From NCBI GenBank assembly GCA_051362555.1, contig CM120640.1, positions 54,724,788 through 54,788,787 of the forward strand: a stretch of 64,000 bases of DNA, given 5' to 3'. This DNA is from Lingula anatina (lineage: Eukaryota > Animalia > Brachiopoda). Below, in pieces: positions 13,247 to 41,008 of this stretch. Within the stretch, counting starts at the first letter, position 1, and each line of letters starts with the position of its first letter. The notes beneath the pieces are model-generated. The model was not told where the DNA came from and did not search any database. It saw only the letters and a list, made by a program, of their open reading frames with translations. Position numbers and translations under genes: made by a program.

Positions 13247-16200
13247 CTTGCCCACCCCCTCCCAACAATTGTGTGGGTTTCCTGGTGTTTTGTTAAGCCT
13301 AAAGATGCTACATCATTTTTTAAAATGCAGTAGAACTTCTATAGAAAATGTTAATGATATTTTTCTTCAGGCACGTTCGAGCTTAGCGAATGCTATGGGC
13401 AAGTGATTGGCCTCAGCTGCAGAGCCGGCGAAAAAATCAAGGTTATCGAGGACTTCTTCGGGTACTCACCTCGTGATGGCAATGATGCATGTTCGCACAT
13501 GGCAGACGATTGTGTGGTATCCAATAATAGAGACACAAGCGTTGTCCACAGGTACTGCGAGGGCCAGCAGACGTGCACACGTTTTCAAGTTGACAGGCGA
13601 CAGTGCGGAAGTAATTTGACCAACTACGAACAGATTGAATATGAATGCATTCCAGGTTGTTCATCAAATCATTTTTGGCAAATGGTCATCTTCTTAACTG
13701 CCATTATTCACACTTCTGTTTTATATTTCATTGCTCTAGCCATAACATCTGGGATTTAAAGGACATGACTATATTTAATGCTGCCTTCAAAATATATTTT
13801 TGTAAATAATAGAAAATGGAAATCAACTCACGCTGTTACCAATCATTATTTTCTATGAACCGACACCCTTCTCAGAGTATTTTTTCTCTGACAAGTAAAA
13901 ACGTCAAAACTTAATTTATTTTTCCATCTTTTTCATCAGAAACTTCCATCACAGACATCTGCACGCCTGCGTCCTACATATCTAGGGACGGCTACATTTC
14001 CACTCCAAATTTCCCGAATCGCTACCCCACTGATCTCGACTGTACCTGCGAGATCACAGCCAGCACAAGGCACACACGGGTTCAATTGGAGTCCACGTAC
14101 TTTTCCGTTAAATACGACAGTCCTTGTAAAGACTTCTTGGAGATGGACATGAGTGGTGAAAAACGAAGATTGTGTGGGGCCTTTCGCGATACTGTCTTAA
14201 GCAGAAAATTCAAACTACACTTTCATACTGATGACGCTGAGAGTCACGTAGGGTTTTGGATGCATTTTGCTGGTAAGGTACACAAAAACAAAATGAAAAT
14301 ATTAAAGACAATATATAATGATTGCATGACATAGGTTTACCTTATTTAATTTTACAAGAGTTATGTTGTCCATCTACAGATGTGCTTTGCCCGTTTTCTT
14401 TATTAACGTTTTCTTTTTCAAAATACAGACTTATTAGATGTTTTACAAATCCAAGTTGAGTTCCTGCAAAGGAGGCGATTGATTTAACGTCGATGTGAAA
14501 AGAAAACAGTTTATAACACTACCTCGGATTACCCATTTCATTGGTTTCCTGTTAAATGATTTGGATTCAGATATGCACTAATTTTTGATATTTCAAAAAG
14601 CAAAACAAAACAAAACAAAAACTGTGAGGCCTTGTTGATTGTGCAACTAATTTTATGAAAAGCAAATAACAATAGCAATAATAATAACTATAATAAACAA
14701 AAAATCCAAAAAAATAATTCCTCGTTTTTCTGCACTTCAGTATATCCATCTAACGCCAATGCTACCCTTTCTGTCAAGTGCAATACCCATCACCCCACGA
14801 CAAAACCAGAGCTCACAGAGACTGCCGCCACAACCACTAAAATACCACCGCTTGATACAACTACCACAATCTACGCTACTAAGGCGATATTTCCCGAAAC
14901 TTCATCCGAAATGGAGAAAACAGAGATGCCAAAAGCAACACCTGTCCTGGAAGAAAAGTCACCAACTTTAAAAGAGACGACTTCAAATCCGACTGCAAAA
15001 TACATTCAGAGGACGAAAAATAAGAAATTAGAAAAACGAACAGAATGGACAACTAAGACGCCCACTTCTTGGAAAAACCTATGGACTCCAGAGAAAAATT
15101 TTGAAACTCGTAAACAGTCTTCATCCGATTTCACAGTTTCCACGTCAACAAAAGGTATGTTGATAATTTCCTTTTTTTTCAAACCCCAAGGGCTTCAAAA
15201 ACTGTAGAATGTGTTATGAAAATTTTGGGGACATAATTTATTGCAAAAAGTTGAATTCAACCTTTAGACAGCCATACTAATGTTGATAACAATCCACAAC
15301 TGAAGAGGGGCATGATTTTCGATGTGATATGTATTGAATCTGTAATTCATAATATTTTAAAGTGTATGAGACAGGGGATGGACAAGCAAACGCAGTTTAC
15401 AATGAAATAGACGCCGAAGGAAGGAAATCGCGTATGACAGGTGAGTCAGGCTAGGCTCAGATTAAAACAGCATTGTGCCTCAAAAATGGCAATCAAATTA
15501 ATCTACCGGTGATTCCTTTGAGGTGCAATGTGATCTTTCTAGATCATCCCCAGTCGTCCCAATGTGCCCCAGACGGTTAATCCACAGAACCGGTTTAATT
15601 TTGAAGATGTGATTTCCATAAGTAAAAGTTCTTTTTGTGCAGTATTTACTAATCCAACAGTCCATTATATAGAGCTATGCATGTCGAATGTTTTTCGGCA
15701 GTACCATGCAAGTTTTCCATGGCTTGCCTTTGAAATGATTACAATCATTACTAGTGCTTTAGTGCTTTTGCTATGTGCAATGTAGATACTAGCTCATAAT
15801 AGCGTACTCGAAGTAGTTGATAACGTGACTTATTTCCAGGCATCATCATCATATCTATCTGTGTGGGAGGAATCATATTGCTCATAGTCATATTGACACT
15901 CCTGATGTGTATCAGCCGGAGGTGAGTTGGTTTGCGCCACTACAAGGGAAAATACATTGTGTTAAAGCCCCATTTCCATAGACACCATCGGTCTTTTTGG
16001 ATCGACCCACTCTGCGGGGACTCTCGCTGACTGCATTCAGCTGAACTGATTGACACGCATTCTCCCGGCGCTAATCAGAATGAAGAAAAGTTGGTGTGTC
16101 ATTCAGTTAGGTTGATAGCACTTAGCGAGAGTCCCCGCAGACTTGGCTCGATCCACTAGTGCGATGGTGTCAAAGAAACAAAGTTAAAATCTTGCACTAG

Positions 16201-16789
16201 TATTATACATCCAGAGGAGTAGCACCGAGTAATGAAAATAAGGTTTCGATAAATTAAGTTTTTTTTTTGTTTTAATTCAACCATTCCCTATTTTTCGTCT
16301 GTTAACAGAAGAAGACCTAGGCGAGATGTCGAAAAAGAAAGAAAACGAAGGCTTGAGCAACGTCTTAATTCTCTCAGTTTTTACGACAGCATTCCACTGT
16401 ACGAAAGCCTCCGTTCTGGGGGGATGATTTCAGCACAAAAGAACGGTATTTACAATATGGGTTTAGAGAAAGACGGTCTAATAAGTGGAACAAAAGGAAG
16501 CACGGGAGATGGGGATACGACCTCCAACGTTGGATCCGACGTCGACAGTGCCATTTATGCGGAACTCGAGAGGCAGTCAAGAAAGAGCGAAACCATCGCG
16601 TCTCCTCGGAGTGCGAACAGCGCTCCTGGTCGAGCGGTGCGCAGTGGAGGTGCTGCAGGAAGCACTGCTACAAGCCCGCGCAGTCAGAAAAGCGGAAAAG
16701 GGTCTAAGGGTAAAAAGGCTGGGGAGCAAATCCTGAAAGTTAACCTCAAAGGGGACGGCCATGAATCTGATATATACACCCATGTTTGA
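12001..16789 (+). CDS. Type I membrane protein (about 591 aa): signal peptide, SUEL/galactose-rhamnose-binding lectin-like domain, CUB domain, Thr/Pro/Lys-rich stalk, TM helix, Tyr-motif cytoplasmic tail
   Basis: Exons 12001-12103, 13371-13655, 13940-14272, 14741-15154, 15363-15440, 15840-15921, 16309-16789 splice in frame, with phase-1 domain exons. Exon 2: ECYGQVIGLSC..KIKVIEDFFG..C..C..VHRYCEGQQTC..C..YEQIEYEC (SUEL cysteine pattern). Exon 3: C..GYISTPNFPNRYPTDLDC..DFLEM..RLCG..LHFHTD..GFWMHF (CUB). Exon 6: GIIIISICVGGIILLIVILTLLMCI followed by SRRRR (TM plus stop-transfer). Confidence 0.88.
12609..12653. repeat. (AAT)n microsatellite
   Basis: Direct trinucleotide run in intron 1 of the lectin-CUB gene. 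Confidence 0.92.
15966..16183. mobile_element. Palindromic MITE in intron 6 of the lectin-CUB gene
   Basis: Nested inverted arms GACACCATCG/CGATGGTGTC, GGATCGA/TCGATCC and TCTGCGGGGACTCTCGCT/AGCGAGAGTCCCCGCAGA. The left end CCCCATTTCCATAGA is shared with the element at 44321; the right terminus is degenerate. Confidence 0.8.
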
Positions 16790-18725
16790 CAGGTAGTGAC
16801 TTCCCCTGAAATCTCAGAGGACCAAAGTAAGATAAGTGGCGGATAAGATACTTGGTCTATGTGTAATCGTAGGATGATGAAAAAATTGGGTTCGCCTTTA
16901 TACTATTTAAAACAGCTGACATTTAAACGGCGCTGAACGGTTTTTGGGGGGAGACACATTGCACGCACCACATGGAATTAAGTTAGTGTTTTTCAGTATA
17001 CCATGCCAACAGGGATCATGTATGAGCCTGAGCTGAATTAGTTGGAAATCACAAATGTTCTCCTATTTATATTTATCATACTTTCGTGGTTACCCTTCAT
17101 TAAAGTGTAAAATCCATCACTACTTTAACATTTTGCACAGGTAGACCCTACATCAAAAGTAAGGACGCCCATCAAAGAACTGCTTTTTTTTTCTTTTTTT
17201 TTTAATGATAAATATATGAGGAACTAAAATGTCAACGCCATTGCATTTTCCTTAAGACGCGAAAGAGATTCAGACTTGGAACTAATGTGCTAAAAAGCCT
17301 TTTGATTATGTACAGCGAGATCCTTCATCATTTAGCAGTATTTTTATGGTCACCTATGGTGTTTATTGAATTTCTAAACAGACGATAAAACATGATAAAT
17401 ATATGATAGTGTTGTGTTTAAAAAGGCCATGATATTATTACATTTCAATTTCTTCAAAAGAAATATAGTTTCCTATCAAATTAAAAAAAAAAGAACTGTA
17501 TTTGTTCTGAAGATATTGAAATTTCAAAATACAAATGGTCTTATACCATTTCATTCAACAATACGTAATTAATTTATGAACCGCTTTTATTTTATCTGTA
17601 CGCTAACAATCCAAGGAACATTGATATCAATAACAATATTTTTTTGAAAAAAATTTAATTCTGTATTTTTATTATTCGTCACAAAATAAACACATCTCTT
17701 CGGTGAACTTTTAAAAAAATTTTGTACGGTTATAAAAGAGTGGGAAAGTGAGGTCTTGAAATGACATAAAAAAGCAAAGAAAATCTTTTCTTTTTCCGTA
17801 CATCAATCTTACCATAAAACACAAGGTCGGCATAACGATTTATGATTGGTGGATGGTTGATTTGGACACCCCCTCCATATCTTCAAGTCACCCCTGCTAA
17901 CAGGCACTGTACAAACCGGTGAAACTCTTTCGACGGCAAGCATCACAGAAACAGGGTACTTTGTATCATTGAGCATTTGCCATTTTGCGAGTAGTCACTA
18001 CTAATATCACTGACACGTGTGCAGTACGTGATGATCTTCCCTTCAGTGGAGATCAATTACAGGACAAGTTAATAATAAAACACATCTCAGGTACGCGCGT
18101 TTCTTCCATGTTCGCATTTAACAGGTTATCCGATGCGTACTATTTTATGTGAATCATATATAGAACTGCTTATATTCTGGGATGCTCAGAGCACTTTCCG
18201 GTCCAAAATGATGACATTTCCAAAAGCCACAATGAGCAATCATTTTAATTCAAGAATATGATATTTCATTCTAAATTTTACCTTTCTACAAAGGCATTCA
18301 AATCTAATTATTTACTGTTTTCATTTAAAACCATAAAATGAAATAAACTAGTATCGGATGTAAAAGTTAAAATTATTATATATGAAATAACTTTTCCCCC
18401 CATCTCTGTGAACCTATGGAATCAATCAGAGACCATATTAGGCAAAACATAACCAATTGCTTATGATGCCAGAAATTCATAATTCCCATTTTCTCTATGC
18501 TTTTATATGCATACCAGTAGTATTTATTTTCGTGCCCAAATACCAAAAAAGCCCCTGTAAAATGTAACTATGTGTCATATTCTCCCCTTTATTAAGCAAG
18601 ATATTTTTCATTTGCTTCTTGTCAGCTATCTATCAGGTTTTCACTTATTAAAAGACAGATAAAACATTCAGTGAAAATCTTATTATTGCATAGAAAAGCT
18701 CCAAACATCAAAATAATTTCCTGAG

Positions 18726-18727
<2 letters not shown>

Positions 18728-18788
<61 letters not shown>
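18728..18788. repeat. Compound (TG)n(AG)n microsatellite
   Basis: Direct run; it explains the spurious CVCVC/ERERE ORFs. Confidence 0.95.
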
Positions 18789-19179
18789 TGTCCATTAATC
18801 CATATCATATGTTACAGAGATCAGGGTATTCACCGTCTTCAAAACAAATTTTCTTCGACTCAGTCTACTTTGCTAAAATTCCTTTTTCTAAGACCAATCG
18901 GAGGATGCAAATCAAAACAATGAAACTTGTGATCATCAAACTTCATACAAGCAATATATAGACAGAAAATTTTTCTATCCCTTAGGTGGACTCTTTCAGA
19001 TAAATAAGTAAAACAAAAAGGTCAAAACTGGACAGTTAAATATCAGCTTGGACAACTGGTATAAATAAATGTATGTGTGTGTGTTACAAATTGCACTTGG
19101 GTTTCTGATGTCATTGATATTGCTGACAAAGGACAAAGTCATGATGTACTTATATGATTTTACTGAAAGCTAAATTAAT

Positions 19180-20207
19180 TCAGTTTGCTTTCTTTTGCAC
19201 TTTTGGTTTCCATGAAGAAATTAATTGTGTTGCAATATAAATTCCAAATCCATGAACTTGAAGGGCAACAGCAATGAACATGTACAAAATGGTCACAAAA
19301 GGAAATCCAAACAGTTTTCTTGCTTTGCCTTTGTTATTTAAAAAGCTGCTTAAATCATCAGAATAATCGTAGATGCCATAAAAGATGGGAAGAAGACCAA
19401 ACAATACAGTTCCCAAAATGAATTGCTGCATAAGAATACTCCTGTTGCGTTGTAGTGCAAGGTAGGCAAAGAGTGCAGCGAGGATGCTTGGCAGCCATGC
19501 AAACTCCCATAGACTTGCCCTAGGTAAAGCCATCAGAGAAGCAGGTGCTTTCATTCCCAAGTATCCCATAAGGTCTGGAAGAAGGCGGCCAATCCAAAGC
19601 ATAAATAAGGCAGTGTGTAAAACGGCAATTAATTTCATCCGAGATTTGTTCACGGCACTGAAAATATAAAATGAATGAACCACTTATTACAAGAATGTAT
19701 CTACATGTATCCACTAACATTGCTCATCACATATACTGCGGTACACTAGGAGGCATTACCTTTAGTTGTTTTACATATATCAGTGACTTTATAAGCTGGG
19801 CAAAGTTTTTAGTTAAGTCTAAACATACACTTTCAGCCAAATTCCACTCCAGTAATCTTCGGAAAGTTGTTTCTTCGCGTTTCTCATTATATCATAATAC
19901 TGTACTATGCAAATACAAATAGCTTAATACAAACATCAAAGAAGATGCTTCCAGTCAGTAAATAGCGCTAAACAATATATCAAGTCACCTAAATAGTATG
20001 TATTTTATAATTATATTTTAACAACCGTATATGTAATGAAGTGTAAGACTTTGAGGGCCTCTACCCTAGTAGCTTTACTGTATGTCATGACTACCTACCA
20101 GTAGTGGGTGCATCTTACCTAACTTTGTAGTGACCAGCCACAGTTTCTCTGTGAAGAAAATCCCTGCCATCTGTTCCTGTAGCTCTTGGACCTGATCTGG
20201 AAGACAT
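19180..20207 (-). CDS. JAGN1: Protein jagunal homolog (188 aa, ER membrane protein)
   Basis: Exon 20207-20119 encodes [29 protein letters not shown] (jagunal N-terminal GPRAxGTDGxDFxHRE motif). It joins exon 19657-19180, which has four hydrophobic segments and a C-terminal KKAN dilysine ER-retrieval signal. Confidence 0.95.
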
Positions 20208-20519
20208 TGGGCAAATAAATGGCTATGAAATAAACGAAATATGTTGCACTCTATCGGCAACAGCAAAGCAAAGGGTGGCTGGGGAATTCTTCCGGTATGC
20301 CGCTTACAATAATAGTAATTTTTATTATGACGATAATCTGATTCAGCGCTGATTATCAAACCTTTCAACAATGTAAAAAAATTGTAAGTAATTTCCATTG
20401 TTCAATTTCAAGTTATGATTTGGTAATTGGAGTGTTGAAGGTTATTGCTTTAAGCGATATCACCTTCATACGCATGCGTACATCAAGACGCGCCTCTTTG
20501 GAAAGACGTGCAACGGAGA
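20208..20519. promoter_or_regulatory. Bidirectional promoter JAGN1/IRAK1BP1 with NRF1-like palindrome TACGCATGCGTA (20469-20480)
   Basis: Divergent ATGs only 312 bp apart, locally CpG-rich, with a perfect 12-bp palindrome containing the GCATGC core. Confidence 0.65.
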
Positions 20520-22741
20520 ATGTACCGACCGACTCAGATTTATGCTTCATTTTCTAACCCAGCGGACGATGATAGGAATAAGGCTAAAGGTGAAGTAGAT
20601 CTTAAGAAAGATAAGTGTGCAAGAATGCGTCAAGTCCAAGTTCAAGCACTTGGAGAAATTAGTTTTCCACCTGACCGATGCAAGGTTACTATCGTCTCTA
20701 GCAGTAGGAAAGATAATGCACAAGAAGCTAAGAACAGTGTCACAAGACGATTAGATTACATTTTACAGGTTCTCCACAACCACCAAGTTAAGGTAAGCAT
20801 GCACTTGAATTATTGTTAGTTCTTAAAAGCTGTCTTGTGAAGGACTAATGTTTTTTGTTTTTACTGCGAATTTCTAAACCACCTTGTTTTTGATTAAAAC
20901 ACAACTTCACAACACATAAAAATGCCTGTTCATTCGTCACTCACGTTATTTTTAACTCCCAATGCATGCGACACTTAAGAGATCCAAGAAGGCTATTTTC
21001 AACATAACATACATGTATACACTGCATAAAACATTTAATCCAAGCGTAGCGATTGGTGGAGAATCAAGTAATGAGTAGATTTCATTATTATATCTGCATG
21101 TCAACAATATACTGGGCAACATTGGGACATGGGCATTAAAATTTTAACATGGCGCCAATCTTGTGAGCATGCTTTCCGCTTAGGACATGCATCAATTGCT
21201 TTATATTCATAAATTTTGGTAAATGTAACATTCAACACGTACAAAAATTATCAGGAAAAAGTACACATAACTTCACAAAATTGGGAAAGCATCCTGCAAT
21301 CCTGAATCGGTGGTTAAACAGCAATGACATGAAATCGCTTTTCATGAGTTACATGCCAAAAAGTGGGAACTGGACATACCTTATTTAATAAGTCTCATTA
21401 AATATTCATGTGACTGGGTCATAACATCATCAGTGGAAATCTCCAATATTTATGCTGAGTGTCTTGGCCAAATTTGAATTGGGAAACAGAACTACATGCC
21501 AGCTGTGGTTTCACTCTCAGGAATGTTTGAAGGAAACAAAACAAGATTGGGTCATAATATCTGTGATTACACGCTTAGATCACAAGATAACTCTTAGTAC
21601 TGAAGTTAAAAACGAAACGATGGTAGCGCACAATAACCCGTTGCTTCACCAATCAAAATTTGCAAAGAAGAACAATTTTTGTTTTTCTGTAGTGTGTGTG
21701 TGCCGTAAATGCTCCCGAGATGACTTTTGTGGCACTAAGTTGAATTCAAATGCATCCTTTAAGTAGGTGTAGACAAAGTTGGCGATATATAGTCTGAATT
21801 GTGACCACCTCTTAACTCTAGGAACACATTTTATCTATAGACACTACCAGGTCAAGGTAAGCAATTTTTGAATCCAGAAGTGTAAGCCATGATGCCCAAT
21901 ACAAAACGGATGAGGTCTGGTTATGTCAAAGAGTACGGTAGCTTCAGATATAGTGAATACTGGTTTCTCAATGTGTATTTTTTAAAAAAATAATTGTGTT
22001 ATTACTTTTACAGGAAGGGGATATCCAGGTATCAAAATTTCTGAAAAGAGAAGACTCAGCATATGCCATGGTGTCCGAAGTAACTGTATTATTTGTGGAT
22101 TTTGACAAATGCCAGACTGTGTCAAATTTTCTGGTTGAAAAACTGGATGAAAGTGTCAAAGTTTCAAGTCCTGAGTTTTTTCACAGCTCAGGAAGAATAG
22201 ATATGCTCAGGTTGGTAGCAGCAAGTTCTACACTGGATCATCAAAGCTTCATTGAAAAATAGATATTTTTGATTTATCATAAAACATGAATGAAAAACAA
22301 TAGGGAAGGTATGTTTTTCCATTAAACAGAGAAACGAAAGTTTGAATGTTTTTAAAGCAAGTGTACATCTTATGCTTGTACTAGCCACAATTGACGAGTA
22401 AAAATCCAATTTTTTATTTTTCTAGTAAACTTTTACTATAATAATATATGCATGTTATCCATTGCAGGAGGCAGACCTGTCTGACAGCAGTGCACAATGC
22501 AAAAATAAAAGCTCAGGAAATAGCACGCTCCTTAAATCAATCTGTTGGTCAAGCTGTCTCAGTATCAGAGGACTCTAGCAGTGAATGGGAGGGGACAGGA
22601 GAGATTGCCCCAGAACAACTGCAGCATTTAACTCGACAGCAAAGGATTGCTATGGCAACTATCAGTTGCTCCGTTAAAGTGATGGCTGTATTTGAACTGA
22701 AAGCACATGGAAAGACAAAGCAAAACAACATAAACAAGTAG
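20520..22741 (+). CDS. IRAK1BP1: Interleukin-1 receptor-associated kinase 1-binding protein 1 homolog (SIMPL/DUF541 domain, 247 aa)
   Basis: Exons 20520-20792, 22014-22210, 22468-22741 in frame: RQVQVQALGEISFPPDR..AQEAKNSVTRRLDYILQ..FVDFDKCQTVSNFLVEKLDESV..PEFFHS..LRRQTCLTAVHNAKIKAQEI..VGQ..MAVFEL, matching the SIMPL family. Confidence 0.92.
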
Positions 22742-23756
22742 TATTTTATTTAGGTTTTTAATTTAAAAAAAATTAACCACCCAAATAAGGACATGCCAAG
22801 TCACTTGCATAGTGCTAATGCTTTTGTCCCAAGGTTTGAAATCCCCATTTGCCCCTGCAGCAACCTTTACCAAACATTTGCTTAACAAGGGAAAAAATGG
22901 CAAAGATTTCATCAAGACCAGAAAGCTCAGTTAGACACTTACATTTGCCACTATTGGTACCCTTCAAACACAAATGCCACCAAGTGCAAATCTCCTGTTG
23001 AAACCAGAAAAGCACTTGAATGTTCATTCCTTGAAATAAGAAATTAGGGAAATTAAAAAGAAAAAAATACACAAAGGACCATGTTGATGAGTATTTATTT
23101 GTGCATTTATACAGCACTGATACTGGCACTAAAGACATTTACCAAGATTTTTTTTCATGTTAGTAAATCTTAAAACAGTGAAAACATTCTCATTTGTTAG
23201 CTGACCATGATAAATTAAATTGTATAAGATAATAAACTGAATATCCATACATCCACTTTTAGTGTCTTGTTGAAGACATCTTTCAAATGACTTTTCCCCA
23301 AATACTAAAAAGATGGCAAAGTTTGTTAAAATTGAAGCCGGAATTCTCATACTGATAGTGATATGTCTTTTTTTAATGAGATTTTTTATCTTTTGCTGTA
23401 GGCAGAGGATTTAATTCTGAAACTATATCAAAGACATCATGCGATAACCACCAGTAATTTACCTCTTTTGAAAGGTAACATCTCATTATTCAACCAAAAC
23501 TAAGATTACTGATTCAGTAAGTGATTTATATGCTTACTTTTTTCCAAACTTTACAATGTTGTAAACGAATACTGCAGTGCTACCATGTACATTTCTCCAA
23601 CATGTTATATCCAAAGATCATCAGGTGGTAAAGCAAAATATGGGTGCATCAGAATAGCCCAAAGCTCACAATAGTGTACAAAATTGTGTTTTTCATTGTC
23701 ATATTACTTTTCAATTTTTTTAAAAATTTGATGTGGAAGGGAAGTGACAACCCTGT

Positions 23757-33970
<10,214 letters not shown>

Positions 33971-34190
33971 CAGACTGTCACAGGTGGCCAAACGACCAAA
34001 CAAAAATGGAGAGCAGTTTCCTATGGGGATATATTCAGATGACAGCTCACAAAAATGTCACTGAAATTACAAGATAAAATTCATGATAAATATGAAGAAA
34101 ATAGATACTACATAAAAAGGTGCAGGATAGAAGGTGCAATATCTGTGAAGCTTAGCAAATATAGCATTGTAATGTTCAAAGTTTCAATGA

Positions 34191-34222
<32 letters not shown>

Positions 34223-35920
34223 GGTTATAATATGTTTAAAAAAAAAAAAAAACAAGTTACCTGAAGATATTGAACATATATCACCTTATTTATGTCTATA
34301 AAATGCTGGTTTCATATGCTCCTTTTGCTTATATATAGAATTGTAGAGTAGTGGGTAGCAGAGAACTTAAATTTGTGTAAGACAAATTCAACTGATAAAA
34401 AATTAAATAATTATCTAGCTTTTATAGGATAATTTCTGATTTCTCCCATGGACTGCCATTTGTTCTCATTTTGTTAATTATTAATGGGGGGGTTTACATG
34501 ATAATCCCCACTTTTGTCATCGAGAATCAAATGATTACCATACATGTATTGTGATTTCCAAAGAGATTACCTGTCTAACACATTTGTTTAGAGGAAATGA
34601 CATTGGACAGGAGGAACCTAAGACTAAGACACCTTTATTTTATTATGTTGCTTTTAATAGCCATTACACCTTTATTTTAGAGGGAGAGAAAAATGGGACT
34701 GCTTCTAGTCATTCCATGCTGCTCAAACATACAGCCATTCCATATTGTTCAAATATATAAAATTTATTGATAGCATTTTGGTGTCTACTTACACTTCATA
34801 TGTGATAAGTACAAATAAAATTACAGTAACTGTGGATTCTGTGTGATGGTTAAGAGAAATAGGTTTGCAGAAGGTAAAAGCAATGACACTTGAAATTATA
34901 ATATTCAATAAACACTTATTTTACAACAGGTTTTCAATCTAGCTTAATACATAACTTGCACATTAAGATACCAATCAAAAGATTTTCCTACAAATATTCA
35001 TGTATGAAGTATACTTATGAATTTCCCTGGGGTAAACAGTATTTTTTTCTCCAACAAACCTTTCCTGACAAATGTTTCTGTACTAGTAACAATCTGGGAA
35101 AATAAAAAAAGTCCTACACCCGCAATGAAGCATGGCTCTTTCAAATTTCTTCATCACTTTAAGCACTGACCTTTAGGTTGAGTGCTTTTCAAAACAACAT
35201 CACTCGAGATAATTGCCATATAGCAAGGTTGGTCAGGAAGTGATAAGTTAGACTGTTTTTGGCAATGTTAATGCAAAACATTTATCAGTCAAAAAGTGAC
35301 AAAAAGTATTATTTTAATTAAATCAAATTAATAAAAGTGTCTAAAATATATTATATTAAATTAATAAGTGTCTAAAATCTTATGATATTCCCCCTTACAT
35401 TAACAAATGACTTATCTAATTTATTCATCTCTAAAATAGGACAAACCTTAGTCTGTAGAGTGTGTTACAGATTCCATAACAGATATAAAATGGCTCTCTA
35501 AATATAATTAATTTTACTAATACTTATTTCTTAAATTTAATTCAGAATAAACCAAATACCAATGTATCTCGACTTGAGTACGGAGAACCAAAACTTTAAA
35601 CAAATAGGAAACATCGACTACATACGATTATTAACATTTCATCTGCACGATTTTTATATAGACTATAAGGAATGACCCTCATATATATTAGTTGTGCAAG
35701 TAAACTGGCAGTTCTTTGTTTTGGGCAATATGTTATGATTGTTAGTTTACGAGGTTTTAGTTTTAGTAACTTTAACGAGAAAATAATTGCTGATTAAAAC
35801 AGTAGATATCTCTCCATCAAAATAACATAAAAAGAATTTTGATTACCGTGAGAAACAAAAGTGTTCATAAATATACATAGCTCATAAGCTGAGTTAGGAA
35901 AAGAAGTAAAATAGCAACTT

Positions 35921-36175
35921 ACATGGTAAACTGTTCCCGTCTTCACAACTGTCTTGTACTGAACTATTGAGGCATTATGGGTAAAGTAAATTTTTCTGAA
36001 TTGTAATTCATATGAATAGAATAAGGTGCACAATTTCACAAATTAAGGTTTTTGATTATTTATATTTAAAACAATTGGTGAAAATATTTATTTTACACTA
36101 TAAAATCCAATTTCAATGTAGTGGTTCTTTTGCTTTGGAGATCAGAAATTTGGTCGGCCATATTGCAGGAAAAAC
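35921..36175. promoter_or_regulatory. Probable bidirectional promoter BTBD10/PSMA1
   Basis: PSMA1 ATG is at 36176. A minus-strand donor (CAT|GTAAGT) near 35921 could end a non-coding BTBD10 first exon splicing to the acceptor at about 34021. CpGs are locally retained. Confidence 0.5.

Positions 36176-41008
<4,833 letters not shown>

Noticed and set aside
18028-18090. C-box-like GTGATGA suggesting a C/D snoRNA
   Set aside because: No D box or terminal stem at a suitable distance, and it is not in a host-gene intron.
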